NCBI GenBank assembly: GCA_044449065.1
Contig: JBIOHP010000002.1
Span: forward strand, 117,462-181,461
DNA from: Bacteroidota bacterium
Lineage (GTDB): Bacteria > Bacteroidota > Ignavibacteria > UBA10030 > SZUA-254
Reading direction: 5' to 3'
Length of the DNA stretch: 64,000 nucleotides
The notes beneath the pieces were generated by a model. The model was not told the DNA's origin, made no database searches, and was given only the letters and a program-made list of their open reading frames with translations. Made by a program: the position numbers and the translations under genes. Positions 51,373-60,551 of this stretch are shown in pieces (the stretch's first letter is position 1; every line of letters begins with the position of its first letter).

Positions 51373-52652
51373 AAATTTTAGTTATCGGCTCCGGAGCCCG
51401 CGAACACGCGCTCCTTTGGAAATTGTCGCAGAATTCAAAACACCCCGAATTGTTCTGCGCGCCGGGAAATGCCGGAACCGCGCAATTAGCAAAAAATATC
51501 CCGGTGAAGACAACCGCGTTACCGGACCTGTTGTCATTCGCGAAAATTGAAAAAATCGATCTCACTGTCGTCGGTCCTGAGCAACCCCTCATGGACGGGA
51601 TTGTGGATCTTTTTGAGGAAAACGGATTAAACATATTCGGTCCCCGGAAAGCTGCCGCGGAGATCGAAGGAAGTAAGGTCTTTGCGAAACATTTCATGCA
51701 AAAGTACAAAATTCCCTCCGCTTCCTTCCGCTCGTTCGACCTAACGGAACAAAATAATGCGATAGATTATATTAATGCACTCTCCCCTCCCATCGTTATT
51801 AAAGCGGACGGATTAGCGGCGGGAAAAGGCGTATCGATTTGTGAAACACGCGGCGAAGCAGTTCAAACAATCGATGCGATGATGGGGAAAAAAATTTTCG
51901 GAGATGCCGGCACGCGGATCGTTATCGAAGAATTTCTCGAAGGATTTGAAACATCGGTTCTCGTACTCACCGATGGCGGGAATTTTGTTACCCTTGTCCC
52001 TTCGCAGGATCACAAACGGATTCTCGATGGAGATAAAGGAAAAAACACCGGCGGAATGGGCGTGTATGCGCCGGTGCCGATGGTTTCGTTTGAAATGCTT
52101 GAGGAAATCAAACGGCACATCATCAAACCGACGCTCGAAGGTATGGCAAAGGAAGGAAGAACGTATAAGGGCTGCCTCTATGCCGGTTTGATGATCACGC
52201 AGCAGGGTCCCAAAGTTATTGAATTCAACTGCCGCTTCGGCGACCCTGAAACGGAAGTTGTCCTGCCCCTCCTTGATGACGACCTCGTCGATCTAATGAT
52301 GGATATATCGGCGGGTACATTATCAAAAACGGAAGCACGGTTGAAACAACTCTCCGCGGTATCCGTGATTATCGCATCGGGGGGTTATCCCGATGCATAT
52401 GAAACCGGAAAGAAAATATTAGGATTGGATACAATTGCTGCAATTGACGATATTATAGTGTTTCACGCCGGCACAAAAACGGAAAACGGAGCAGTACTAA
52501 CCTCCGGCGGAAGAGTCCTCGCTGTTACGGCTCTTGGTCCCAAAGATAATTTTGAAGAAACCATTCGCAAAGCATACAGCGCGGTAAAAAAGATCACCTT
52601 CGATGGCGCGTATTACCGGAGCGACATCGGGAAAAAGGGACTGTTGCGGTAA
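51369..52652 (+). CDS. purD: Phosphoribosylamine--glycine ligase
   Basis: MKILVIGSGAREHAL N-terminus and ATP-grasp motifs. 4-bp overlap with the upstream gene. Confidence 0.9.
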   Translation: MKILVIGSGAREHALLWKLSQNSKHPELFCAPGNAGTAQLAKNIPVKTTALPDLLSFAKIEKIDLTVVGPEQPLMDGIVDLFEENGLNIFGPRKAAAEIEGSKVFAKHFMQKYKIPSASFRSFDLTEQNNAIDYINALSPPIVIKADGLAAGKGVSICETRGEAVQTIDAMMGKKIFGDAGTRIVIEEFLEGFETSVLVLTDGGNFVTLVPSQDHKRILDGDKGKNTGGMGVYAPVPMVSFEMLEEIKRHIIKPTLEGMAKEGRTYKGCLYAGLMITQQGPKVIEFNCRFGDPETEVVLPLLDDDLVDLMMDISAGTLSKTEARLKQLSAVSVIIASGGYPDAYETGKKILGLDTIAAIDDIIVFHAGTKTENGAVLTSGGRVLAVTALGPKDNFEETIRKAYSAVKKITFDGAYYRSDIGKKGLLR

Positions 52653-52680
52653 ACAACTCACAATAAGGATTATTATTTTA

Positions 52681-54024
52681 TTGTTCCAGTATAAACATAT
52701 AGAACAATCGCTCTCAGTTATTCGCGAACAACTGAGTTTATTCGATGTGCAGACTAAAAAAGCACATGTTCCGTCTTATCAACTTGAATTTAAAGATTGG
52801 GATTTTGCTTCAGCGGATACGAAAATTGAAACTCATGGGTTTCATCCCTATCCCGCCATGATGATCCCGCAGATTGCGAGATTATTAATTCAGATGCATG
52901 GTAAAAAGGGACAACCATTACTGGATCCGTTTTGTGGCTCCGGCACAGCCCTTGTCGAAGCACGGATCGCCGGGTTGAATTCCTACGGGATAGATATTAA
53001 TCCCCTCGCACTTCTTTTATCAAAAGTCAAAACAACTCCACTTGATATACAAATATTAAAAAAATATTCCATTCGATTATGCGATGATTACCTAAAGACG
53101 ACCATAAAACTTGCCGATAAAAAAGACTCTGAAATAATCCCGAAGTTTTTCAATATAGATTATTGGTTTCGCCCTAAAATTAGTCGTCAACTCTTCGTGT
53201 TAAAATCAGTCATCGACAAAATTCCTGAAATTGATTATCGCGGGTTCTTTTTAATTGCTTTTTCACAAACAGTCAGAGAATCGTCATATACTCGCAACGG
53301 CGAGTTTAAACTTTTCAGGATGCCCGCGGAACAAATGGAGAAATTCATGCCAAATGTTCCAGAATTATTCTTCAGTATTGTTCAAAAAAACTTGCCCATG
53401 ATGGCAGAGTTTGCACGAGCTGCAAAAAACAACGTTTTCGTAAATATTCTTGATGAAGATTCCAGAAAAACTACTGCGATACCCACAAAAACGGTTGATC
53501 TGATCGTAACCTCTCCTCCCTATGGAGACTCGCGCACAACGGTTGCCTACGGGCAATATTCTCGTCTCTCGCTTCAATGGTTAGGTTTACCATGGGAAAA
53601 AGTAAAAAATATTGATACTATTTCACTTGGAGGGCGCAAATATTCGGAATTTTCCGGTTTTAAAAAGTATCCCCATCTCATGGATATAGTAAAGAAAATT
53701 GAGATTCAGGATTCCAAACGCGTCCAGGATGTTGCGAGTTTCTTTTATGATCTCGAATTATGCTTTAGTGAATTCAAACGAGTGTGCAAGAAAAATGCGA
53801 TTCTATGTTTTGTTGTCGGAAACCGTACAGTGAAAGGGGTGAAAATTCCAACGGATGCTATTATTACGGAATTAGGCAATAATGTGGGGATGAAGCACAT
53901 CAAAACTTATACTCGAAATATTCCAAACAAACGAATGCCTTCAAAAAATAGCCCAACCAATATTGAAGGTCAATTAGGCGAGACCATGACAAAAGAATAT
54001 ATTGTCGTGTTGAAAAATAACTGA
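52681..54024 (+). CDS. SAM-dependent amino-methyltransferase, probably a DNA N6-adenine/N4-cytosine methyltransferase (motif I before motif IV with about 200 aa between: alpha-like order)
   Basis: Motif I LLDPFCGSGTALVEA and motif IV DLIVTSPPYGD. The ORF is open from 52603, inside purD. TTG at 52681 (AAGGA 11 nt upstream) is proposed as the start; the first in-frame ATG is about 85 codons further in. Confidence 0.6.
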   Translation: MFQYKHIEQSLSVIREQLSLFDVQTKKAHVPSYQLEFKDWDFASADTKIETHGFHPYPAMMIPQIARLLIQMHGKKGQPLLDPFCGSGTALVEARIAGLNSYGIDINPLALLLSKVKTTPLDIQILKKYSIRLCDDYLKTTIKLADKKDSEIIPKFFNIDYWFRPKISRQLFVLKSVIDKIPEIDYRGFFLIAFSQTVRESSYTRNGEFKLFRMPAEQMEKFMPNVPELFFSIVQKNLPMMAEFARAAKNNVFVNILDEDSRKTTAIPTKTVDLIVTSPPYGDSRTTVAYGQYSRLSLQWLGLPWEKVKNIDTISLGGRKYSEFSGFKKYPHLMDIVKKIEIQDSKRVQDVASFFYDLELCFSEFKRVCKKNAILCFVVGNRTVKGVKIPTDAIITELGNNVGMKHIKTYTRNIPNKRMPSKNSPTNIEGQLGETMTKEYIVVLKNN

Positions 54025-54034
54025 AGAGGATTCC

Positions 54035-54928
54035 TTGAAGATAATTCCAATACGTCCAGAATTGAAAAACGAGTTACAAGGGAATAAGGGCTTAATTCAA
54101 AAAGTCAAGAAGAAATATCTCCCCACGGGAGAAAAACTTGCAGGGGTAGCATGGAAAAATGTTTCATTTAGACACCAGAAATTAACCCGTGAAAACGTAA
54201 TAAAAAATTTCAATGCGTATTTATCCGAACTTCTTGATTAAGAATATGAATTATATCTCGAATATGAGGAGGATTGCATTTCCAAGGGAGTCATTGAACT
54301 TGCATTCGGACCAGACAATAAGCGGGACTACCCGGCAGTTCATTCTTTAATACAAAAGACGTTAGGCATTTTCGGGGATAAAACTATTTCAAATGACAAG
54401 AAGTTAATTAATTTAATTTCAATTCTCCGTCCATTTTATAAGATAGTTGAACAAAGTTTTGCGCAAGGTCGGATGTCTCGCGCAGGTGGAAGCTCGCAAT
54501 ATCATCTTAAAACTCTTCTTGAACGCGCGGGTTATAGCGGTGAATTTGAAATGGAACAGATCCTTAATGGTACAGTCGATTTTTTGTTTCCGAGTAAAGC
54601 TGCGTGGGATCAGGATAAGAGAAAATGTATCATTGTATCGATGAAACGCACGCTGCGTGAGCGTTATAAACAAATATTCGAGGAATTAAATATTACCGGC
54701 GGCATCCCTGTGTATATTATTATAACAGAAACTTATGAAGAAGCCGAGAAAGATATTACCGAGTCTAAGGTTGACAAATTGAACGAACACAACTTTTATC
54801 TTGTTATCCGAGACGAAATCAAGAATCGGAGGTTCTCCAAAAAGGTAAATGTAATTAGTTTTTCCACGTTTATTCAAGAAGAACTCCCGAATAAACGATA
54901 TGCATGGAAGTCGTTGCTAAAAAAATAG
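54035..54928 (+). pseudogene. Putative restriction-endonuclease partner of the upstream methyltransferase, disrupted by a single in-frame TAA (54239-54241); the ORF track shows it as separate 68-aa and 151-aa ORFs
   Basis: 54035..54241 and 54473..54928 are in the same frame. I translated the 231-bp gap codon by codon and found no further stop, giving a continuous 297-codon frame with one TAA. The ATG at 54035 is 10 nt after the MTase stop. Confidence 0.5.
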
Positions 54929-54957
54929 ACTACATTAATAAGAAAGAGAGTATATAG

Positions 54958-55884
54958 TTGAAAATTCTTATCACCGGCGGAGCAGGGTTTATCGCATCTC
55001 ATGTCGCCGACGCCTATATTGCGGCGGGACATGACGTCGTTATTATCGATAATCTTGTTACCGGGAACAAACAAAATCTTAATCCCAAAGCAAAATTTAT
55101 CGAAATGGATATCCGAAGCGAAGAACTGAAAAAAATATTTTCCTCCGAAAAATTCGACGTTGTTAATCATCACGCTGCGCAAATGGATGTGCGAAAATCC
55201 GTCGAAGACCCTATGTATGACGCCTCGGTGAACATTCTTGGAGTGTTAAATCTTCTGGAAAATTGCCGGTCGCATAAAATAAAGAAATTCATTTTCTCCT
55301 CCACCGGCGGAGCAATTTACGGCGAGCAGGATTATTTCCCCGCCGATGAGGAACATCCAACGCGGCCCCTTTCCCCCTACGGGATCTCAAAGTTAACGAC
55401 AGAAAAGTACCTGTTCTACTACAGCGCTATACACGGCGTGCAGTACGTGATTCTTCGGTATGCAAACGTGTACGGACCCCGGCAAAATCCTCATGGTGAA
55501 GCCGGCGTGGTGGCGATCTTTGCCACCAAAATGTTCGCCGGAACACAACCGGTGATTAACGGCGAAGGCAAACAAACACGCGATTATGTCTATGTCGGCG
55601 ACGTCGTAAGGGCGAATGTAAGCGCGTTGAAATTGAACAAAAACGATTGCATTAATATCGGCACGGGAATCGAAACTGATGTTAATGCGTTGTTCAATAT
55701 TTTGAGTAAATATACCGGAAAAAACGTGAAGGAAGTCCATGGAGCCGCGAAAGAAGGCGAGCAGCTCAGAAGCGTCCTTCTAAATAATAAAGCAAAGCAA
55801 ATCCTCAACTGGTCGCCGGAAGTCTCCCTTGAGGATGGCTTGAGGATGACTGTGGATTATTTCAGAAATCGTAAACAATCGTAA
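54958..55884 (+). CDS. NAD-dependent sugar-nucleotide epimerase/dehydratase (GalE/WbpP-like)
   Basis: TTG start. GGAGFIASH Rossmann motif, catalytic YxxxK (YGISK). Confidence 0.8.
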   Translation: MKILITGGAGFIASHVADAYIAAGHDVVIIDNLVTGNKQNLNPKAKFIEMDIRSEELKKIFSSEKFDVVNHHAAQMDVRKSVEDPMYDASVNILGVLNLLENCRSHKIKKFIFSSTGGAIYGEQDYFPADEEHPTRPLSPYGISKLTTEKYLFYYSAIHGVQYVILRYANVYGPRQNPHGEAGVVAIFATKMFAGTQPVINGEGKQTRDYVYVGDVVRANVSALKLNKNDCINIGTGIETDVNALFNILSKYTGKNVKEVHGAAKEGEQLRSVLLNNKAKQILNWSPEVSLEDGLRMTVDYFRNRKQS

Positions 55885-55887
55885 TCC

Positions 55888-56838
55888 ATGCCTCATAAAC
55901 AAAAACTTATAGAGAAAATTCTCAGCGGCGACCGCGTAAGCATCGCCCGGGGAATTTCGTACATCGAAAATGAATATTCCGAGTCGATTCAATTGCTCCG
56001 GGAACTGTATTCACACACGGGTAAAGCGTACCGTATCGGTATCACGGGACCTCCCGGTGCCGGCAAAAGCACCATCTCGAATAAGCTTGCAAAATTTTAT
56101 CGCGGGCAGAATAAAAAAGTCGGCATCATAGCTGTCGATCCTACCAGCCCCTTTACCGGGGGCGCACTTCTCGGAGACCGCGTGCGGATGACCGACGTCG
56201 AATTGGATCCCGGTGTATTTATCCGGAGTATGGCGTCCCGGGGAAGTCTGGGCGGGTTGAGTAAAAAGGCAAAAGAAGCCGCCGATGTTCTGGATGCGTC
56301 AGGATCAGATATCGTACTTATGGAAACGGTGGGAGTCGGACAATCCGAGCTGGATATTGCGCACGCAGCGGACACCACCATTGTCGTGCTTGTTCCCGAA
56401 TCCGGAGATTCAATCCAGGCGATGAAAGCCGGCTTGATGGAAATTGCGGATTTCTTCATCATTAATAAAGCCGATCGTGCCGGCGCGGATCAGGCGGTGA
56501 TGTCGATTAAAACTGTTTTAAATCTCAAACCGCAGGATTCCGGCTGGTCACCCGACGTCTTGAAAACTGTTGCAAATAGCGAAAAAGGAATCAAAGAAGT
56601 TGCCGACATGATCGACGCCCATCATAAGCATCTTGAAACGACGAACAATCTTCAGTTGCGGCGTAGGGAACGGATTGTTGAACGCATTCACGATCTCATC
56701 AGTGAACGGCTGCATGTTGAATTCTGGACAGAAGAGCGTAAGTCCCTTCTTGCGTCCAAGTTAGATTCAATCGTCGATCAGAAAGCGACCCCATATGATA
56801 TTGTGGAAGAATTACTAAAAAGTTTGAAACATCGATAA
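55888..56838 (+). CDS. meaB: MeaB/ArgK-family GTPase (methylmalonyl-CoA-mutase-associated chaperone)
   Basis: Walker A ITGPPGAGKST, IAVDPTSPFTGGALLGDRVRM, NKAD motif. Confidence 0.8.
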   Translation: MPHKQKLIEKILSGDRVSIARGISYIENEYSESIQLLRELYSHTGKAYRIGITGPPGAGKSTISNKLAKFYRGQNKKVGIIAVDPTSPFTGGALLGDRVRMTDVELDPGVFIRSMASRGSLGGLSKKAKEAADVLDASGSDIVLMETVGVGQSELDIAHAADTTIVVLVPESGDSIQAMKAGLMEIADFFIINKADRAGADQAVMSIKTVLNLKPQDSGWSPDVLKTVANSEKGIKEVADMIDAHHKHLETTNNLQLRRRERIVERIHDLISERLHVEFWTEERKSLLASKLDSIVDQKATPYDIVEELLKSLKHR

Positions 56839-56892
56839 CATTGCTATTCGTCGAAAATCCTCATAAATTAAAAAAACGAAAAGGAAATTGAA

Positions 56893-58071
56893 ATGGCTGA
56901 ACAAGAAACATTAGAACAGGTTACACCGGAATTCCAGATAACCGATACCATGAAGATGGTGCGCGATGTTGCTCGCGACTTCGCTGAAAAAGAAATTAAA
57001 CCCGTCGTTATGAAAAACGATGAATCGATGAACTTTCCCATGGATATCATCAAAAAACTTGGCGGATTGGGATTTATGGGAGTTATCTTCCCCGCAGAGT
57101 ATGGCGGCGCGGGCTTCGGCTATCTCGAATATATCACCATTATTGAGGAAATATCAAAGATCGATCCGTCAATCGGTTTGAGCATTGCCGCGCATAATAG
57201 TTTGTGCAGCAACCACATCTATACATTCGGCTCTGAGGAGCAGAAACGAAAATATTTGACCGATCTTGCTTCCGGTAAAAAGATCGGCGCATGGGCATTG
57301 ACGGAGCCAACTTCGGGAAGCGATGCGGGCGCGATGCTAACAACAGCAAAGCGCGAAAGCGATTATTATGTCCTGAACGGCAGCAAAAATTTCATCACTC
57401 ACGGATCAGTAGGTGATGTGACCGTAGTGATGGCAATTACCGATAAATCTCTGGGGAAAAAAGGCGCATCCGCGTTCATCGTAGATAATAAAACTCCCGG
57501 CTTCATCGTCAGCAAGAAGGAAAATAAACTTGGGATGAGGTGCTGCGATACATCCGCGCTATCATTCGACAACATGAAAGTTCCGAAAGAAAATTTGCTC
57601 GGAGAGGAAGGCGGCGGATTTGCGCAGGCGCTAACCGTATTAGACGGCGGACGCATCAGCATAGCCGCCCTTGCGCTTGGCATTGCGCAGGGTTCGTTCG
57701 AATTAAGCGTGAAGTATGCCAAAGAGCGGCAGCAATTCGGCAAGCCGATCGGATATTTCCAGGCGATCCAGTGGAAACTTTCAGAAATGGCAACCCAGAT
57801 CGAGGCAGCGAGACTGCTCACGTATCGTGCAGGATTTCTAAAAAACGAAGGCAGCGAGGTCACCCTTGAATCGGCGATGGCAAAATATATGGCGGGTGAA
57901 ACCGCGGTATATTGCGCCGGTGAAGCCGTTCAAATTCATGGCGGGTACGGTTTTATCAAAGACTTTCCGGTCGAAAAATTTTACAGGGATTGCAAATTGG
58001 TGACGATTGGCGAAGGAACCACCGAAATACAAAAGCTCGTCATCGCGCGTAATCTTCTCGATATTCATTAA
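56893..58071 (+). CDS. Acyl-CoA dehydrogenase, short/branched-chain type (isovaleryl-CoA-dehydrogenase-like)
   Basis: Acyl-CoA dehydrogenase motifs (GAWALTEPTSGSDAG, QIHGGYGF, ...EGT.EIQ). Adjacent to the methylcrotonyl-CoA carboxylase subunit. Confidence 0.75.
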   Translation: MAEQETLEQVTPEFQITDTMKMVRDVARDFAEKEIKPVVMKNDESMNFPMDIIKKLGGLGFMGVIFPAEYGGAGFGYLEYITIIEEISKIDPSIGLSIAAHNSLCSNHIYTFGSEEQKRKYLTDLASGKKIGAWALTEPTSGSDAGAMLTTAKRESDYYVLNGSKNFITHGSVGDVTVVMAITDKSLGKKGASAFIVDNKTPGFIVSKKENKLGMRCCDTSALSFDNMKVPKENLLGEEGGGFAQALTVLDGGRISIAALALGIAQGSFELSVKYAKERQQFGKPIGYFQAIQWKLSEMATQIEAARLLTYRAGFLKNEGSEVTLESAMAKYMAGETAVYCAGEAVQIHGGYGFIKDFPVEKFYRDCKLVTIGEGTTEIQKLVIARNLLDIH

Positions 58072-58089
58072 TCCTTATCAATCAACATC

Positions 58090-59748
58090 ATGGCGCAGCC
58101 TGGCAGTGAAGTTCAGAAAAATCCAACCTACCTGAAATATGAAGACAACGTAAAAAACTTACTCCGGGTAATCGAAGCAAAACGGGAGATCATCAAACTC
58201 GGGGGAGGCAAAGCGTCGATTGAAAAACTCCATAGCAAAGGAAAACTGAGCGCGCGTGAGCGCATCAATAAACTTATTGATCCCGGCAGTTATTTTTTAG
58301 AACTCGGGATATTCACGGCTTACGATATGTATGAAGAATATGGCGGCGCGCCCGCTGCCGGCACGGTGTTTGGCCTGGGTGTGATCCACGGCAGGGATGT
58401 TCTCATCGTTGCGAACGATGCTACAGTAAAAGCTGGCGCGTGGTTTCCGTTAACCGGCAAGAAAAATCTCCGCGCCCAGGAAATAGCGATGGAGAACCGC
58501 GTTCCGATTATCTACCTCGTGGATTCTGCCGGAGTCTTCCTCCCAATGCAAAGTGAAATATTTCCCGATAAGGAACATTTCGGTAGAATATTCCGGAATA
58601 ATGCCGTGCTCTCATCTATGGGTATTCCACAAATAGCCGCAATCATGGGACCGTGCGTTGCCGGCGGCGCGTACCTGCCGATCATGAGCGATGAAGCGCT
58701 TATAGTTGAAAAAACCGGAAGCGTATTCCTCGCCGGACCTCATCTCGTGAAAGCTGCCATAGGCGAAGAAGCCAATATCGAAGACCTCGGCGGAGCGACA
58801 ATGCATTCGAGTGTTTCCGGCGTCACGGAATACCATATGCAAAACGACGAAGAGTGCCTTGAAAAAATCCGGAGTCTTATTGATAAATTTGGCAACTTTC
58901 CTAAAGCCGGTTTCAGCAGAATCGCAGCAAAACCGCCGCGATTTGACGAGAGTGAACTTTATGGATTAATACCCGATGACCGCTCCAAACCATACGATAT
59001 GTATCAGATCATTTCCCGAATTGTGGATGACGGTGAATTTGACGAGTATAAAGCCACTTATGGAAAATCATTGATCACCGCCTACACCCGGATTGACGGT
59101 TGGGCGGTCGGCATCGTCGCCAATCAACGCTCAGTCGTAAAAACAAAAAAAGGAGAAATGCAGGTTGGCGGCGTTATCTATTCCGATAGCGCCGATAAAG
59201 GCGCGCGGTTTATCATGAACTGCAACCAGAAACTCATTCCGCTGGTCTTCATTCAGGATGTTACAGGATTCATGGTCGGTACGCGCTCCGAACAGGGCGG
59301 TATTATCAAAGACGGAGCGAAAATGGTGAACGCGGTTGCAAACAGCGTTGTTCCGAAATTCACATTCATTATCGGCAATAGTTATGGCGCGGGCAACTAC
59401 GCCATGTGCGGCAAAGCATACGATCCGCGGATGATCTTCGCCTGGCCCACAGCGCAAATTTCAGTGATGGGGGGAAAACAAGCCAGCGAGACTCTCCTCA
59501 GCATTAAAGTCCAGGCGATGGCGTCTAAAGGCGGAAAACACATTTCCGACGAGGAACAAAAAGCATTACTTAAAGAAATATCCGACCGCTATGCTCGTGA
59601 ACTCGATCCCCTCTTTGGGGCAGCAAGATTGTGGGTTGACGATATCATCGATCCGCTTCAAACCCGAAAGATCATTTCACGGGGAATCGAAATGGCGTCG
59701 AATAATCCAAATATTCCAAAGTTCAATCCGGGAGTCTTGCAGGTGTAG
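58090..59748 (+). CDS. Acyl-CoA carboxylase carboxyltransferase subunit (methylcrotonyl-CoA carboxylase beta-chain-like)
   Basis: 552 aa. N- and C-terminal carboxyltransferase halves (SARERINKLIDPGSF, GPCVAGGAYLP, FIQDVTGFMVG). Confidence 0.8.
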   Translation: MAQPGSEVQKNPTYLKYEDNVKNLLRVIEAKREIIKLGGGKASIEKLHSKGKLSARERINKLIDPGSYFLELGIFTAYDMYEEYGGAPAAGTVFGLGVIHGRDVLIVANDATVKAGAWFPLTGKKNLRAQEIAMENRVPIIYLVDSAGVFLPMQSEIFPDKEHFGRIFRNNAVLSSMGIPQIAAIMGPCVAGGAYLPIMSDEALIVEKTGSVFLAGPHLVKAAIGEEANIEDLGGATMHSSVSGVTEYHMQNDEECLEKIRSLIDKFGNFPKAGFSRIAAKPPRFDESELYGLIPDDRSKPYDMYQIISRIVDDGEFDEYKATYGKSLITAYTRIDGWAVGIVANQRSVVKTKKGEMQVGGVIYSDSADKGARFIMNCNQKLIPLVFIQDVTGFMVGTRSEQGGIIKDGAKMVNAVANSVVPKFTFIIGNSYGAGNYAMCGKAYDPRMIFAWPTAQISVMGGKQASETLLSIKVQAMASKGGKHISDEEQKALLKEISDRYARELDPLFGAARLWVDDIIDPLQTRKIISRGIEMASNNPNIPKFNPGVLQV

Positions 59749-59751
59749 ATT

Positions 59752-60549
59752 ATGCCAAAACTTCCGGCAATAATCTTGATTTTCTTCTTCTCATTATCAA
59801 CTGCATCTTCACAGGAAACGCCGGGCGCGCGCGCGAACGATCTCCGAAAATATTTTATCTTCGATAACCCGCATCCTCTCGCCTGTCTCTTTACATACTT
59901 CCCCTCAATTTTCATCCAGCATGAAATTGAATTAAAATCATTTGTCCGGAGTAAAACATTTTCTCATTTACGGGAGCAATTTGGGGATCAAAAAGCGGTC
60001 GATGCGATCTATATCAGGGCAATGCAATTGACAAATAATAACACAGCTATTTCGCTGCTTCTTGCCACACTTGCCACGTTTGATCATCGCGTCGTGGAGT
60101 TAAAAATCCCGATCTTTGAATTCGGATTGCCCCTCAGCGAGGAATCAGGCGGTGAATTCTCCCGGCGGGTGAAAAACCTCCCACGCACTTTGTATGACGA
60201 CAGCCCGGATTCCGGCGACAGGGATAAATTACAACACTTTTTTGGATCGGCATTTATAACCTATATTTCTGAATCACGCGACGCTGCAGATAGATTTGGC
60301 ATGTTTGTGGAAAAAGGCGAGCGGCTATTTATCATCGGCGGCGTGTACGATGAACGCGATCTGCGCGCCGATTGGCAGGGACAAAATTTCGGAAGCGCGC
60401 TTCTGAAAAATAACCGCAAAAGACCTTCCCATTTCCTGACAAACTATCCCGCCGGCTACAAAACGGAAAACATTCCTTCGGGCGGCGTGGGGCACGATGA
60501 GGAACTCTCCGAAACCGGGGCGTCTTGTTACATTACGGAAGGACCATAA
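59752..60549 (+). CDS. Hypothetical secreted protein
   Basis: Signal peptide MPKLPAIILIFFFSLSTASSQ. No motif recognised. Confidence 0.45.
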   Translation: MPKLPAIILIFFFSLSTASSQETPGARANDLRKYFIFDNPHPLACLFTYFPSIFIQHEIELKSFVRSKTFSHLREQFGDQKAVDAIYIRAMQLTNNNTAISLLLATLATFDHRVVELKIPIFEFGLPLSEESGGEFSRRVKNLPRTLYDDSPDSGDRDKLQHFFGSAFITYISESRDAADRFGMFVEKGERLFIIGGVYDERDLRADWQGQNFGSALLKNNRKRPSHFLTNYPAGYKTENIPSGGVGHDEELSETGASCYITEGP

Positions 60550-60551
60550 TC

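Noticed and set aside
60525-60551. ORF-track start of the sigma-54 activator at 60525
   Set aside because: It overlaps the upstream gene by 25 bp. The ATG at 60552 gives the canonical receiver N-terminus (MPSILIIDDE).
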